A stretch of 20,000 nt of DNA from Chiloscyllium plagiosum (Eukaryota). The stretch covers positions 5,307,677 to 5,327,676 of the forward strand of contig NC_057750.1 in the NCBI RefSeq assembly GCF_004010195.1, written 5' to 3'. The translations under genes were made by a program, and so were the position numbers. A model generated the notes under the pieces. It was not told where the DNA came from. It was given only the letters and a program-made list of their open reading frames with translations, and did not search any database. Positions 1 through 9,150 of the stretch are shown here, piece after piece (within the stretch, counting starts at the first letter, position 1; every line of letters begins with the position of its first letter).

Positions 1-423
1 GTCATTGACTGTAAAGCTGAGGTGTTGACAAGTAGTTGTGTCTAACAGCATCACTCATTCTGAAAAGGTGCCTCTGACGCAGTGCCTTGCAGTGGTATCT
101 GCATGATTTACAGTAAACCCTAATGAAGAGGTATATATTTATGTGCACTTTCTCTGGTTATTTTTGCCTTCTGCCCGGTTTCAGATAGGGAAGCAGAATT
201 TAGTGCCATTGCGCAACAGAGTTAATGCATGACTGACACTGTCAGTGTGTAACAATTTGATAATGAGTCACCCCAGCCATAGGTGAAAGTTTTGTTACTA
301 AAATGAATATCCCTGCACATGACCCTGAGCGGAATAGAATCATACAGCTCAGAAGAAGGCCATTCAACCCATTGTGTCTGTGCTGCACTTTTGAGCTAGT
401 CCCTCTATATTCATTTTCTTTCC

Positions 424-615
424 ATGATGTGGAGGTGCCGGTGTTGGCCTGGGGTGAACAATGTCACACGACACAGGTTATAGTCCACAGGTTTATTTGA
501 GATCACAAGCTTTTGGAGTGCTGCCCCTTCTTCAGCTGATGAAGGAACAGCACTCTGAAAGCTTGTGATTTCAAATAGACCTGTTGGACTATAACCTGTG
601 TTGTGTGACTTCTGA
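424..615. mobile_element. Penelope-like terminal-repeat-derived fold-back element with 12-bp TSD
   Basis: Arms 463-535 and 536-609 are reverse complements centred on CAGCTG (533-538). CATTTTCTTTCC flanks both sides (412-423, 616-627). Right arm has hammerhead-like CTGATGA..GAAAGCTT. Confidence 0.75.
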
Positions 616-775
616 CATTTTCTTTCCTACAGTCCCTTTTGAGTATTTACCCAACTGCCTTTGAAAGTTCCGATTGGACGTGTTTCCACTGCCCTTTCAG
701 GTAGTAGCTTCCGTATCGTAACAGCTTGCTGTTTTTTACAAAAAAAATCTCTACAACTTTTGCCAATGATCTTCT

Positions 776-903
776 GAGGCAGCAGTGACATAGTGGTAAT
801 GTCAGGATGATTTTCCTTAAAGAGATGGTTTCAAAACCCACAGAGTTTAATGGTGTTTGAATTCGGTTCAAGAATCTAGTTCACGTTAGTAATGTTGGCC
901 ATG
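776..903 (+). mobile_element. Degenerate 5' part of second tRNA-derived SINE family ('SINE-B')
   Basis: A-box-like GTGACATAGTGGTAAT, B-box-like GGTTTCAAAACCC, then TTGAATTC and AATGTTGGCCATG, collinear with copies at 2805-3131 and 12935-14057. Confidence 0.45.
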
Positions 904-908
904 GGATG

Positions 909-1229
909 GCTCACCGCCAGGGACCCAGGTTTGATTCCACTCTCAGGGGACTGTCTGTGTGGAGATTGCACATTCACCCCCGTATCTACGTGGGTTTCCG
1001 TTGGCTGCTCCGGATTCCTCCTGCAGTCCAAAGATACAGGTCATGGTGCATTGGACATGCAAAATTACCCATAGTGTCCAGGGATATGCAGGCTAAATGG
1101 GTTAGCCATGGGAAATGCAGGGTTATAAGATAGGGGGTGGATTCAGGTGGGCTGATCTTCTGGACAGTCAGAGGGGACCCGATGGGTTGAATGGCCTGCT
1201 TCCGCACTGCAAGGATTCTGTGATTCTAT
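909..1229 (+). mobile_element. HE1-type V-SINE (slightly 5'-truncated)
   Basis: B-box GGTTTGATTCC, V-core CTGTCTGTGTGGAGATTGCAC..GTGGGTTTCC, CR1-like tail ending GGATTCTGTGATTCTA. Confidence 0.9.
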
Positions 1230-1311
1230 TTGTGTCCCTCTGATTGCCTCCTGCCACTAGAAACTGTTCGTTCTTATTTACTCAATGAACACCACTGGTG
1301 GAAGCACAGGA

Positions 1312-2052
1312 CTTAGAAGCCAAATAAGAACATTCAGAAGCTCCTCAAGTCTGCTCTGCCATTCAATAAGATCATGACTGACCCACTATGTGGCTGCAAC
1401 TCCTCTGTCCTGCCTGGTTCCCCAGAATCCTCAACTCACTTGGTCTATCAAACTCAGCTTTGAATAAAAAACAAGTCTGCCTCCACTTACCTTCTGGGGA
1501 AGAGAATTCCATTGATTAATGAGACTCTCCGAGAGAAATAAATTATCCCCACCTCCATCTTAAATGGTGAGGGGAATCCTTATTTTCATATTGTGTCCCC
1601 TAGTTCTAACCTTCTCCACACGAGGAAACATTCAGCCAGTACCTTTCTTGTCAAGTCCCCTCAGGATCTGATATGATTAGATTAGGTTAGATTAGATTAG
1701 ATTACTTACAGTGTGGAAACAGGCCCTTCGGCCCAACAAGTCCACACCGACCCTCCGAAGAGCAACCCACCCAGACCCATTCCCCTACATTTACCCCTTC
1801 ACCTAACACTACGGGCAATTTAGCAAGGCCAATTCACCTAACCTGCACATTTTTGGAAACCGGAGCACCCGGAGGAATCCCACGCAGATGCGGGGAGAAT
1901 GTGCAAACTCCACACAGATAGTTGCCTGAGGCGGGAATTTAACCTGGGTCTCTGGCCCTGTGAGGCAGCAGTGCTAACCATGCTGCCTTCTAAACTCCAA
2001 TGGAAAGGGTCCAGCCTGTCCAACCTTCATAGAATGACCCCAACATCTCAGG
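1312..2052 (-). mobile_element. Old CR1 3' fragment interrupted by the HE1 SINE at 1676-1987
   Basis: CTGCTCTGCCATTCAATAAGATCATG, CTGGGGAAGAGAATTCC, CCCCTAGTTCT and GTCAAGTCCCCTCAGGATC; resumes as TTCTAAACTCCAATG after the SINE. Confidence 0.7.
1676..1987 (-). mobile_element. HE1-type V-SINE with (CTAAT)n tail
   Basis: Reverse complement of the HE1 head (TGAGGCAGCAGTGCTAACCA) and V-core (GTGCAAACTCCACACAG), with ATTAG repeats at 1676-1704. Confidence 0.92.
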
Positions 2053-2764
2053 TTTCTCCTTAACATACATTTGCTTTTTGTTCTATCAACATACAACTTG
2101 CTGTAGCTTCACTCCCAATTATATCATGCATTTTCCTATTTAGGTTTCCACCGGCTATTGGCCTTTCTGGAACTTTCCAGTTATGACTTGTGCCTTGTAG
2201 ATGGGTGGAGCAGGCTTTGGGGAGTCAAACTTGAAAAGTACAAACACTGGAGGATTAATTGGAGAGGTCTTGCAAAGGGTTGGCACACTCACAGAAGGAC
2301 TGAATAGTCTCACCTACTATTACACGATTCTACAGTCATCAAACTGCTCCCTCTGTCTCACTAACCCCGCTTTAATTTAAAAGTTGGAATGCTACTTTTT
2401 GACTAATGGACGTAAAATTCAACTTTGAAAAGGCTGGTATGTTTAAACTTTCTGTCTCAAGGTCCACGGATGGAGTTTAACTGTGTAGGACGAAAGCTTC
2501 GTAGAAATATGAAATAAATATTGTTGCATTGGTTTTAAGGTGATGATGGAAGTGAAAGTGTGGGTGTTCTATGTGAAGGAATGGAACCATCAATAGACCT
2601 ACAAAAGGAAGTTATTTGGAAAAACAACAAACCTCTAGGTTGATAAGTTGAAGCGGAAAAGCCAAGATGCTGGTTATAACATTTCATTTCTTGTTGAATA
2701 AGCAAATTGTACCTTTGCGTTCAAAAATAACCAACAATATACCTTTGTCGAGGAAGGGAGTACA

Positions 2765-3307
2765 GAAAACACTTGCATTGATGCATGACAACCCAATTTC
2801 TTCTATTTTTCATTCATGGGATGAGGGCATCGCTGGCTATTGACTATTCCTAATTGCCCCAGAGGGCATTTAAGAGTCAACCCCATCGGTGTTGATCTGG
2901 AGTCACGTGTAGGCCAGACCAAGTAAGGATAGCAGTTTCCTTCCCTAAAGGATATTAGTGAACCAGATGGGTTTTCCTGACAATCAGCAATGAATTCGGA
3001 GTCATCATTAGGCTCTGTGTTTTTTAAATGAATTCAAATTCCACCATCTGCTGTGGCAGGATTCAAACCCAAGTCTCCAGAAACTTTTGGGTCTCTGGGT
3101 TAACAGTGTAGTGATAATACTACTAAGCCATAATGAAGGGTTTTTGATGTGTAGACTCTATTCTGACACTTAAAGTATAACAGCCAATTTGGACACAGCA
3201 AGCGCCCACAGTGATTGGTTCATTTTTTCATGCGTCGTGAGGGATAAATCAGAATGTCAAGAACAACGTCATTGCTCCTCAAGGTAGTACCACAGGATCT
3301 TCTTCAT
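2765..3307 (-). mobile_element. Degenerate Deu-domain SINE (SacSINE1/AmnSINE-like) relic, split by SINE-B
   Basis: Tail-like ACTTGCATT at ~2771. After the insertion: CAGCCAATTTGGACACAGCAAG..CCCACA, TGAGGGATAAAT, GTAGTACCACAGGATCTT, resembling 7487-7666. Confidence 0.45.
2805..3131 (-). mobile_element. tRNA-derived SINE-B, near full length
   Basis: Reverse complement reads TGGCTTAGTAGTATT (A box) ... GGGTTTGAATCC (B box) ... CCATCTGGTTCACTAAT ... GGGCAATTAGG ... CATCCCATGAATGAAAAA tail. Confidence 0.85.
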
Positions 3308-3549
3308 GGGAGAGGTTGGGACTTAGAATAGAAAACCAATCTCGAAATCCTGCTGGCTCTGAAGCAGAACCTCAGGTTATTGGTGGAGAATGTCCCAAGT
3401 AAGGTCTCAGTAGGTGTGATAGTTTTGGGATTTGTAACCAGTCAGATGCACTGAGAATTAGGATTGCACAAGTGGCCAAACTTGGATCCTTTATTACTTA
3501 TTATTCCTTTCCCAGCAGATTCTGTCTCTACTAGTGCACGTGATTAGTG

Positions 3550-3715
3550 AACCCGTCTGGTTCACCAATGTCCTTTAGGAAAGGAGACTGTCATCCTTAC
3601 CTGGTCTGGCCTACACGTGACTCCAGACCAACACCGATGGGGTTGACTCTTAAGTTCCCTCTGGGGCAATTAGGGATGGGCAATAGCCAGTGATGCCCTC
3701 ATCCCATGAGTGAAA
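3550..3715 (+). mobile_element. SINE-B 3' half, inverted relative to 2808-2973
   Basis: Ungapped 166-nt match to the reverse complement of 2808-2973, with about 16 mismatches by eye. Confidence 0.88.
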
Positions 3716-3799
3716 CTTCATAGGAACAAAGTACACCATGCAATTTTCCGCACACTTCAACAATGCATGCAGAGGGCAGCACAATTGTCTGCAGGAATC

Positions 3800-4118
3800 T
3801 TGATTGCTTGATTTATTGTTGTCACATGTACCGAGATACAGTGAAAAGTGTTGTTTTTGTGTGCTCTACAGGCAGATCGTATCATACAAAGTGCATCAGG
3901 GTAGCAGAACATAGTGCAGAATACAGTCTTACAGCTGCAGAGAAGGTGCAAAGAGAGAGAGATCAGAATTAATATTTGAGAGGGCCATTCAAAAGTCTGA
4001 TAGCAGCAGGGGAGAAGCTCTTCTTGAATCTGTTCGTATATGCATTCAAACTTTATATCTTCTGTCCAATGGAAGAGGATGGAAGAGAGTATTACAGGGT
4101 CGGAGGGGTGTTGGGTGA
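3800..4118 (-). mobile_element. Rex1/Babar-like LINE 3' end
   Basis: Element strand ends TTTCACTGTATCTCGGTACATGTGACAACAATAAATCAAGCAATCAA. CCATTCAAAAGTCTGATAGCAGCAGGGGAGAAGCTCTTCTTGAA is typical of the reverse-complemented end of a Rex1-type ORF. Confidence 0.65.
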
Positions 4119-4979
4119 AGTGGGAGGAAACAGCTAGGATCCCTTGTATTGCTGCTCAGCAACGGGGGAGAGGGTGGACCTGCTCAAGAGGTGAATGGTC
4201 TCTTCTAGTTTCAAGGCACCTACATTCTTTACTGGTTGTCTCATTCTGAATTAAGGGACACCCTTGTTAGGATTTCTTAGTAAGGAAATGTTATCCAGTC
4301 GTTCCTCCTCAGGAGGAGAGTCTGATGACACTAACTTCTCTTGGTAATATACCTCTCAGGACCACAAGAACGTAATGGTCCCAGTAGAGACATCCTTCGA
4401 CTGTGAAACTGTGCACAGCACAGTTGCTGGTTGGTCAGTGTTAATGTGGAAAGTCCCATCATGAACATGTCTTGAGTCTGATATAACATCTGGGCTAATT
4501 TACTCTGATGGGACTTTTAGTTCTTAGGCTATTGGATACCAGGCAAGTCTTCAAATGACAAAATGTCCTCCTCAGCCACCAGGCCTCCTGAGATTATAAC
4601 TCCTGAATTAACAAAATGTGAGTCAGTCATTCAACAGCGGTGCTGGGGGAGGGCATGTGTAGGTCATGCAGTAGTGACTCATGAAATATTTCAAATAAAG
4701 TTCTGTGTTGAATACACATTTGAAATATAAGTTCCTACTGTGCAGTGTAAATGAGAATCCGCACGCGCTGTTTCAGTAACGGGATGACTCTTGGTAAAGT
4801 ACAACATCACGTCCACTTGCCAGATATTACAGCGATGAAATGTACTACACACATCCACTGAGTAGAGAGAGAACGCTCTCATTACTGGTAACATCACATT
4901 CTGCCCCAAATCGTAAATGTCCTTAGTTTGCAAAAAGTGAGCATTTTCTCACATACAATAATTAAGCTGTCCACTTACA

Positions 4980-5563
4980 ATCATAGAGATGTACAGCACG
5001 GAAACAGATCCTACGGTCCAACTTGTCCATGCCAACCAGATATCCTAAATTAATCTAGTCCCATTTGCCAGCATTTGGCCCATGTCCCTCTAAGCCCTTC
5101 CTATTCATATACCCATCCAGATGCCTTTGAAAAGCTGTAATTGTACCAGCCTTCAACAGCTCATTCCATGCACGCACCACCCTCTGCGTGAAAAATTTCC
5201 TCCAAGTCCCTTTTAAATCTTGTCCCTCTCACCTCAAACCTATGCCCTCCAGTTTTGGACTCCCCTACCCAGGGGAAAGACTTTGTCTATTTAGCCAATC
5301 CATGCCCCTTATGATTTTATAAACCTCTATAAGGTCACCCTCCAGTGAGAATAGCCCTGCCTATTCAGCCTCTCCCTGTACCTCAAGCCCTCCAGTCCAA
5401 GCAACATCCTTGTAAATCTTTTCTGCACCCTTTCAAGTTTAACAATTTCCTTCCTTTGCAAAGGTGACCAGAATTGTATGCCATATTCTAAAAGTGGCCT
5501 CATCCATGCTTTTTACGGCTGCAGTGTGACATCCCAACTCTAATATTCAGTTCTGACCAATGA
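4980..5563 (-). mobile_element. CR1 (HER1-like) 3' fragment
   Basis: Reverse complement is collinear with ~11720-12349 of the long CR1 in this window, including the GGATATCTGG..CTCTATGA tail. Confidence 0.9.
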
Positions 5564-5789
5564 ATAAACGCAAATGTCCAGGCTGAGACACCCAGTGTCT
5601 GTACCAGAGGAGCTGTGACATTGAATTGTAGTCCCTTCTATCTTCTAATGGGAAGGTAAATAAAGCAAAAAATCACATAGCTCCAATGAAAAGGAGGGCA
5701 AGAACATTCTGACTCCATGACCGAGAAAATATGGTCTGAGAGAAAGTGAAGATAAGCAGATGCAGGAGGGTCCAAGTCGAAAAGTACAG

Positions 5790-5870
5790 CAGACAGTCAC
5801 CCGAGGGTGGAATCGAACCGGGGTCCCTGGCACTGTAAGGCAGCAGTACTGACCAGTGAGCCACCCTGCT
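5790..5870 (-). mobile_element. HE1 SINE 5' head fragment
   Basis: CAGACAGTCACCCGAGGGTGGAATCGAACCGGGGTCCCTGGCACTGTAAGGCAGCAG is the reverse-complemented tRNA-like head. Confidence 0.8.
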
Positions 5871-6303
5871 AGTCTTAAGACCCACGGACTGCTACAGTCT
5901 AGAATGAGAGTCTTGAAAATATGTGGGCCTGAAGACATGAAAAAGATAGTTTAGTCCTTATCAAATGTAATTATAAGATCAGAGCCTGGTGTAGCTAAGA
6001 TTACCATATATTGCAATATTTAATATTAATGTGTAATAACTAGCTTTACTTTGATGTCTAAGCCTGGAGACAGTTCTTCACTTTGCCTTCTTCTTGCCCA
6101 GTCTGTGAAGAATAAAAGAACAAGTGTAGCTACAACAAGCAACAATTTTCCCTCCAAGCTGCATGGCCATACAGATGCTGGGATGCTCTGCAGGCACTGA
6201 TCAGCGCGTCAAAGAAAGGCTTCTGCTTCTAGAACCCACTGCAGTGCATGGACTTCGGTCTGCACAGTGGCAAAACAATTCACAGGCAACACTGGGTGGC
6301 TGA

Positions 6304-6420
6304 CATATGAGCTTCCCATCAACATTACGTTTCCCTCCAAAGTCACACAGACCCCATCCCAACTTAGGGTATAGATCATTCATTGTTTCATTGTTGCTGG
6401 GTCAAAATCATGGAAGTCCC
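6304..6420 (+). mobile_element. Fragment of a second LINE family 3' region
   Basis: TTCATTGTTGCTGGGTCAAAATCATGGAA matches 12419-12448. Confidence 0.55.
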
Positions 6421-6554
6421 ACAACATTTAAAAGGCATTTGGGTTTATGAGTAAAAGGTTTAGAGGGATATGGGCCAAGTGCTGGCAAATGGGTCGAGAT
6501 TAATTTAGGATATCTGAAGAGTCTGTTTCCGTATCGTACAACTCCATGACTCTA
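6421..6554 (+). mobile_element. CR1 3' tail
   Basis: GGTTTAGAGGGATATGGGCCAAGTGCTGGCAAATGGG...ATGACTCTA matches 12229-12349, with an internal deletion. Confidence 0.85.
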
Positions 6555-6631
6555 ACCTAAAGGAAAATAAAGACTGAACTTGCATTTATGTAGCACTTCC
6601 ACAACCCTAGGAAGTCCCAAATCTACAGCTG

Positions 6632-7118
6632 TACAAAGCCCGAGTTAGTCCACTTTTGACGACTCTCAGAGTTCTGGATTTCAGGAAGAACATATTGGCC
6701 TTGGAGAGAGTTAATGAAGATATACATGGGACTCCAAGCGTTTGGATGCAAGGTGAGAGGAAACAAATCAGAATTGTCATCCCTGGAATTCAGATGGTTT
6801 CCAAGATATTCAGAGAAACTGTTGGAGTTAAACTGGGAAAAATTATTTCCATTGGTTTAGGAGTTTAGGACGAGGACCCAGAGTCTAAAATTTAGAACCA
6901 AGTGTGAAATTAGGAAACACTTAAATGCACAGAGGGTGCTGGACATTTGGAACTCTTTTCCACAAATAATTGGTGATCGATCAATTAATAATTGCAAAAC
7001 AGAAATTTTGATAGATTTTCATGAACTGGAGGTATATATACAGAGCAACCATAAACTCAGTGGATGGTGGCACTGGCCCATAGGACTGAATGGCCTACTT
7101 TTGTTCCCATGTCCCTGA
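6632..7118 (+). mobile_element. Old CR1 3' fragment (ORF2 C-terminus and UTR)
   Basis: Translated remnants FRKNILALERV and VLDIWNSFPQ; tail GGACTGAATGGCCTACTTTTGTTCC. Confidence 0.7.
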
Positions 7119-7486
7119 GCACTTTACAAGCATTTGCAAACATTTGAGGTATGGTCCTCACTTAATGTGAGGACAATGCAAGTGGGAAATGTAAAGTTTC
7201 CCAGCCTTGGCAGTTGGGAATGTCAGTGGTTAGGGGACAGGATGGGGCCCACACTCTATAGCTCAGACACCCTCCTGAAGGTTATTGACAACCACTCAAA
7301 GAGAATCATTGGTCAAAAGCACAGGCCACAGGCCATACATTTCATTTAGTCATAAGAAGTGAGAACTGAAATGTCAGCTCTCATCTCACCTACAGCTTGG
7401 ACTTTCCCTAGTCAGTGTCTGACATCTCCTAAATTCTAGTTTTGCTATGATGTGCCTCTCGCTGATCAGTCCAGCAGAATAAAACG

Positions 7487-7666
7487 AAAAGGACTTCCAC
7501 TGATATAAAGCTTTTCACAGCATCAGAACAACCCAAAGCATTTGGCAGCCCCATGATGTGATATTGCAGCGTTGTCACGGTGGTTACGTAGGAAACATTT
7601 GCACATAGCAAGATCCCACAAACTCACAAGTTGCAAAGCTATCATGACCAGATCATCTTCATTTTT
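7487..7666 (-). mobile_element. Deu-domain SINE 3' relic
   Basis: CCCAAAGCATTT, GTAGGAAAC, TTTGCACATAGCAAGATCCCACAAAC and ATGACCAGATCATC are typical of reverse-complemented DeuSINE 3' regions. Confidence 0.6.
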
Positions 7667-7684
7667 AATGAATATTAAAATATT

Positions 7685-7868
7685 AAAATCAGGAGAAGAA
7701 TAGGCTGCTTGGCCCCTCAAGTGACTGATGTACTGTTCACAAGACCATGGGCTGATTGGGGCTTCAACTCCACGTTCCTGCCTGATAACCTTTGACTTCC
7801 CTGTCAGTCAAGGATCTACCTTAGGAATATCCAATGATTCCATCTCCACCACCCTCTGGGGAAGACAG
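7685..7868 (-). mobile_element. Old CR1 3' tail fragment
   Basis: GGCCCCTCAAG, CAAGACCATGGGCTGAT, TCAACTCCAC and CTCCACCACCCTCTGGGGAAGA resemble 1340-1510. Confidence 0.6.
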
Positions 7869-8059
7869 TGGAGTCCTCAACCAGCCGTGATCTTGCAACC
7901 ATCAGAGCTACCTTGAATGGCCTCCCAGCATCCTGCTGCCATCACATGATAACCAGCCAATTGCAGACTCAAAGATGAAGTGGTTGGCCAGTTGTGCAGA
8001 GGGGACTGTCAGACAGTCACCAATCCCATCATCACCTCACAGGGCTGAAGGTCCAAGCG

Positions 8060-8462
8060 CCATGTTTGAAGGGTATGTGGGTGGGGATTCATTGCCTGCA
8101 ATTCAAGAGCTGCTTTGATGATGGCTCTTTATTGATTCTTCTTCAAAACAGCAACATTTCCCATTTGCCAATGATGGCAACTCCACCAAGAGGCTCTCCT
8201 CTTTGTAATCTGATACCTTTTAACCCAGCAGGGAGCCCTGCACAATGCAACAGCCACATATTGGTCTCCATCCACAACATTGTGGACATCTCCATCCTTG
8301 ACCTTCCACTGCAGAGACCTGTTTGTATTGTCCCTGGGCAGTGCTGTAGTGTCTGTAACTGGACAGCCTCATAAACTTGATACAGTATCATACAGGATAT
8401 GATGACATCTATCGCTTGATACAGCAGTTGGAATGCGTTAGTAGAAACGCATTCTGCATTGT
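8060..8462 (-). pseudogene. Possible heavily decayed APE endonuclease domain of a non-CR1 (I/Nimb-like) LINE
   Basis: Across frameshifts, the minus strand gives in order NA..., IDVII, RLSSYRHY, LPRDNTNRSL..VK, QYVAVAL, IAG / NPHPHTL, echoing the APE motif order. Confidence 0.3.
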
Positions 8463-8467
8463 GTATG

Positions 8468-9150
8468 TAGAAACATAAAGACATCGAAAATAGGTGCAGG
8501 CCACTTGGCCCTTTGAGCCTGTACCACCTTTCGATATGATCGTGGCTGACCATGCAATCTCAGTATCCCACTCCCACTTTCACTCCATACCCCTCAATCC
8601 CTTTAGCTGCAAGGGCCATATCCAGCTCCCTCCTGAATATATCTAATGAATCAGCTTTCTGTGGGAGAGAATTCCACAGGTTCACAACTCTCTGAGTGAA
8701 GAAATTCTTACTCATCCCAGTCTAACTTGATTGAGTTTTTTGAAGAAGCAATGAAGAGGATTAATGAGGGCAGAGCACTGGACATGACCTATATGGTCTT
8801 CAGTAAAGCGTTCAACAAGGTTCCTCACAGTAGACTGGTTAGCAAGATTAGATCACATGGAATACATGGAGAACTAGCCATTTGGATGCAGAACTGGCTC
8901 AAAGGTAGAAGACAGAGAGTGGTGGTGGAGGGTTGCTTTTCAGACAGGTTAGGAAGGGTTTACAGGCTTAGGGGCTAAGTGCTGGCAAATGGGATGAGAT
9001 TAATTTAGGATATCTGGTCGATTTGGACAAGTTGGACCAGAAGGATCTGTTTCTGTGCTATACAGCTCTATGACTCTTGAATGGCTTACCTGTTATTCTT
9101 AGACTGTGACCCCTAGTTCTGGACCTCCCCAACATAGGGAACACTCTTGC
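8468..9150 (-). mobile_element. CR1 3' fragment (different subfamily) interrupted at 8724-9077
   Basis: TAGAAACAT.. tail and GAGAGAATTCCACAGGTTCACAACTCTCTGAGTGAAGAAATTC; resumes with AATGGCTTACC..TTATTCTTAGACTGTGACCCC at ~9080. Confidence 0.85.
8724..9077 (+). mobile_element. Internally deleted CR1 copy (RT piece fused to 3' UTR)
   Basis: [34 protein letters not shown] matches 10946-11165, then jumps at ~8949 to the UTR equivalent of ~12222-12349. Confidence 0.9.

Larger units (their letters stand above)
333..1285 (-). mobile_element. Old CR1-clade LINE 3' fragment, split by three later insertions (pieces ~333-423, ~616-773, ~1230-1285)
   Basis: Begins with the reverse-complement CR1 tail (ATAGAATCATACAGC..GAAGGCCATTCAACCC). 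CR1-like 3' sequence resumes after each insertion (TTTCCACTGCCCTTTCAGG..., TTTGCCAATGATCTT, TGTGTCCCTCTG..CTGCCACTAGAAAC). Confidence 0.6.

Noticed and set aside
4691..4940. 80-aa minus ORF and + strand exon-like segment 4824-4887 (YYSDEMYYTHPLSRERTLSLL) in a unique, mildly CpG-rich patch
   Set aside because: No recognisable protein, moderate splice signals, and conflicting strands; cannot be supported without RNA-seq.
6075..6300. Strong polypyrimidine/AG acceptor at 6101
   Set aside because: All three frames reach stops by 6200, and there is no convincing donor or recognisable peptide.
8230..8250. 'ALHN' motif suggestive of a Harbinger transposase
   Set aside because: Isolated four-residue match with no other Harbinger motifs nearby.
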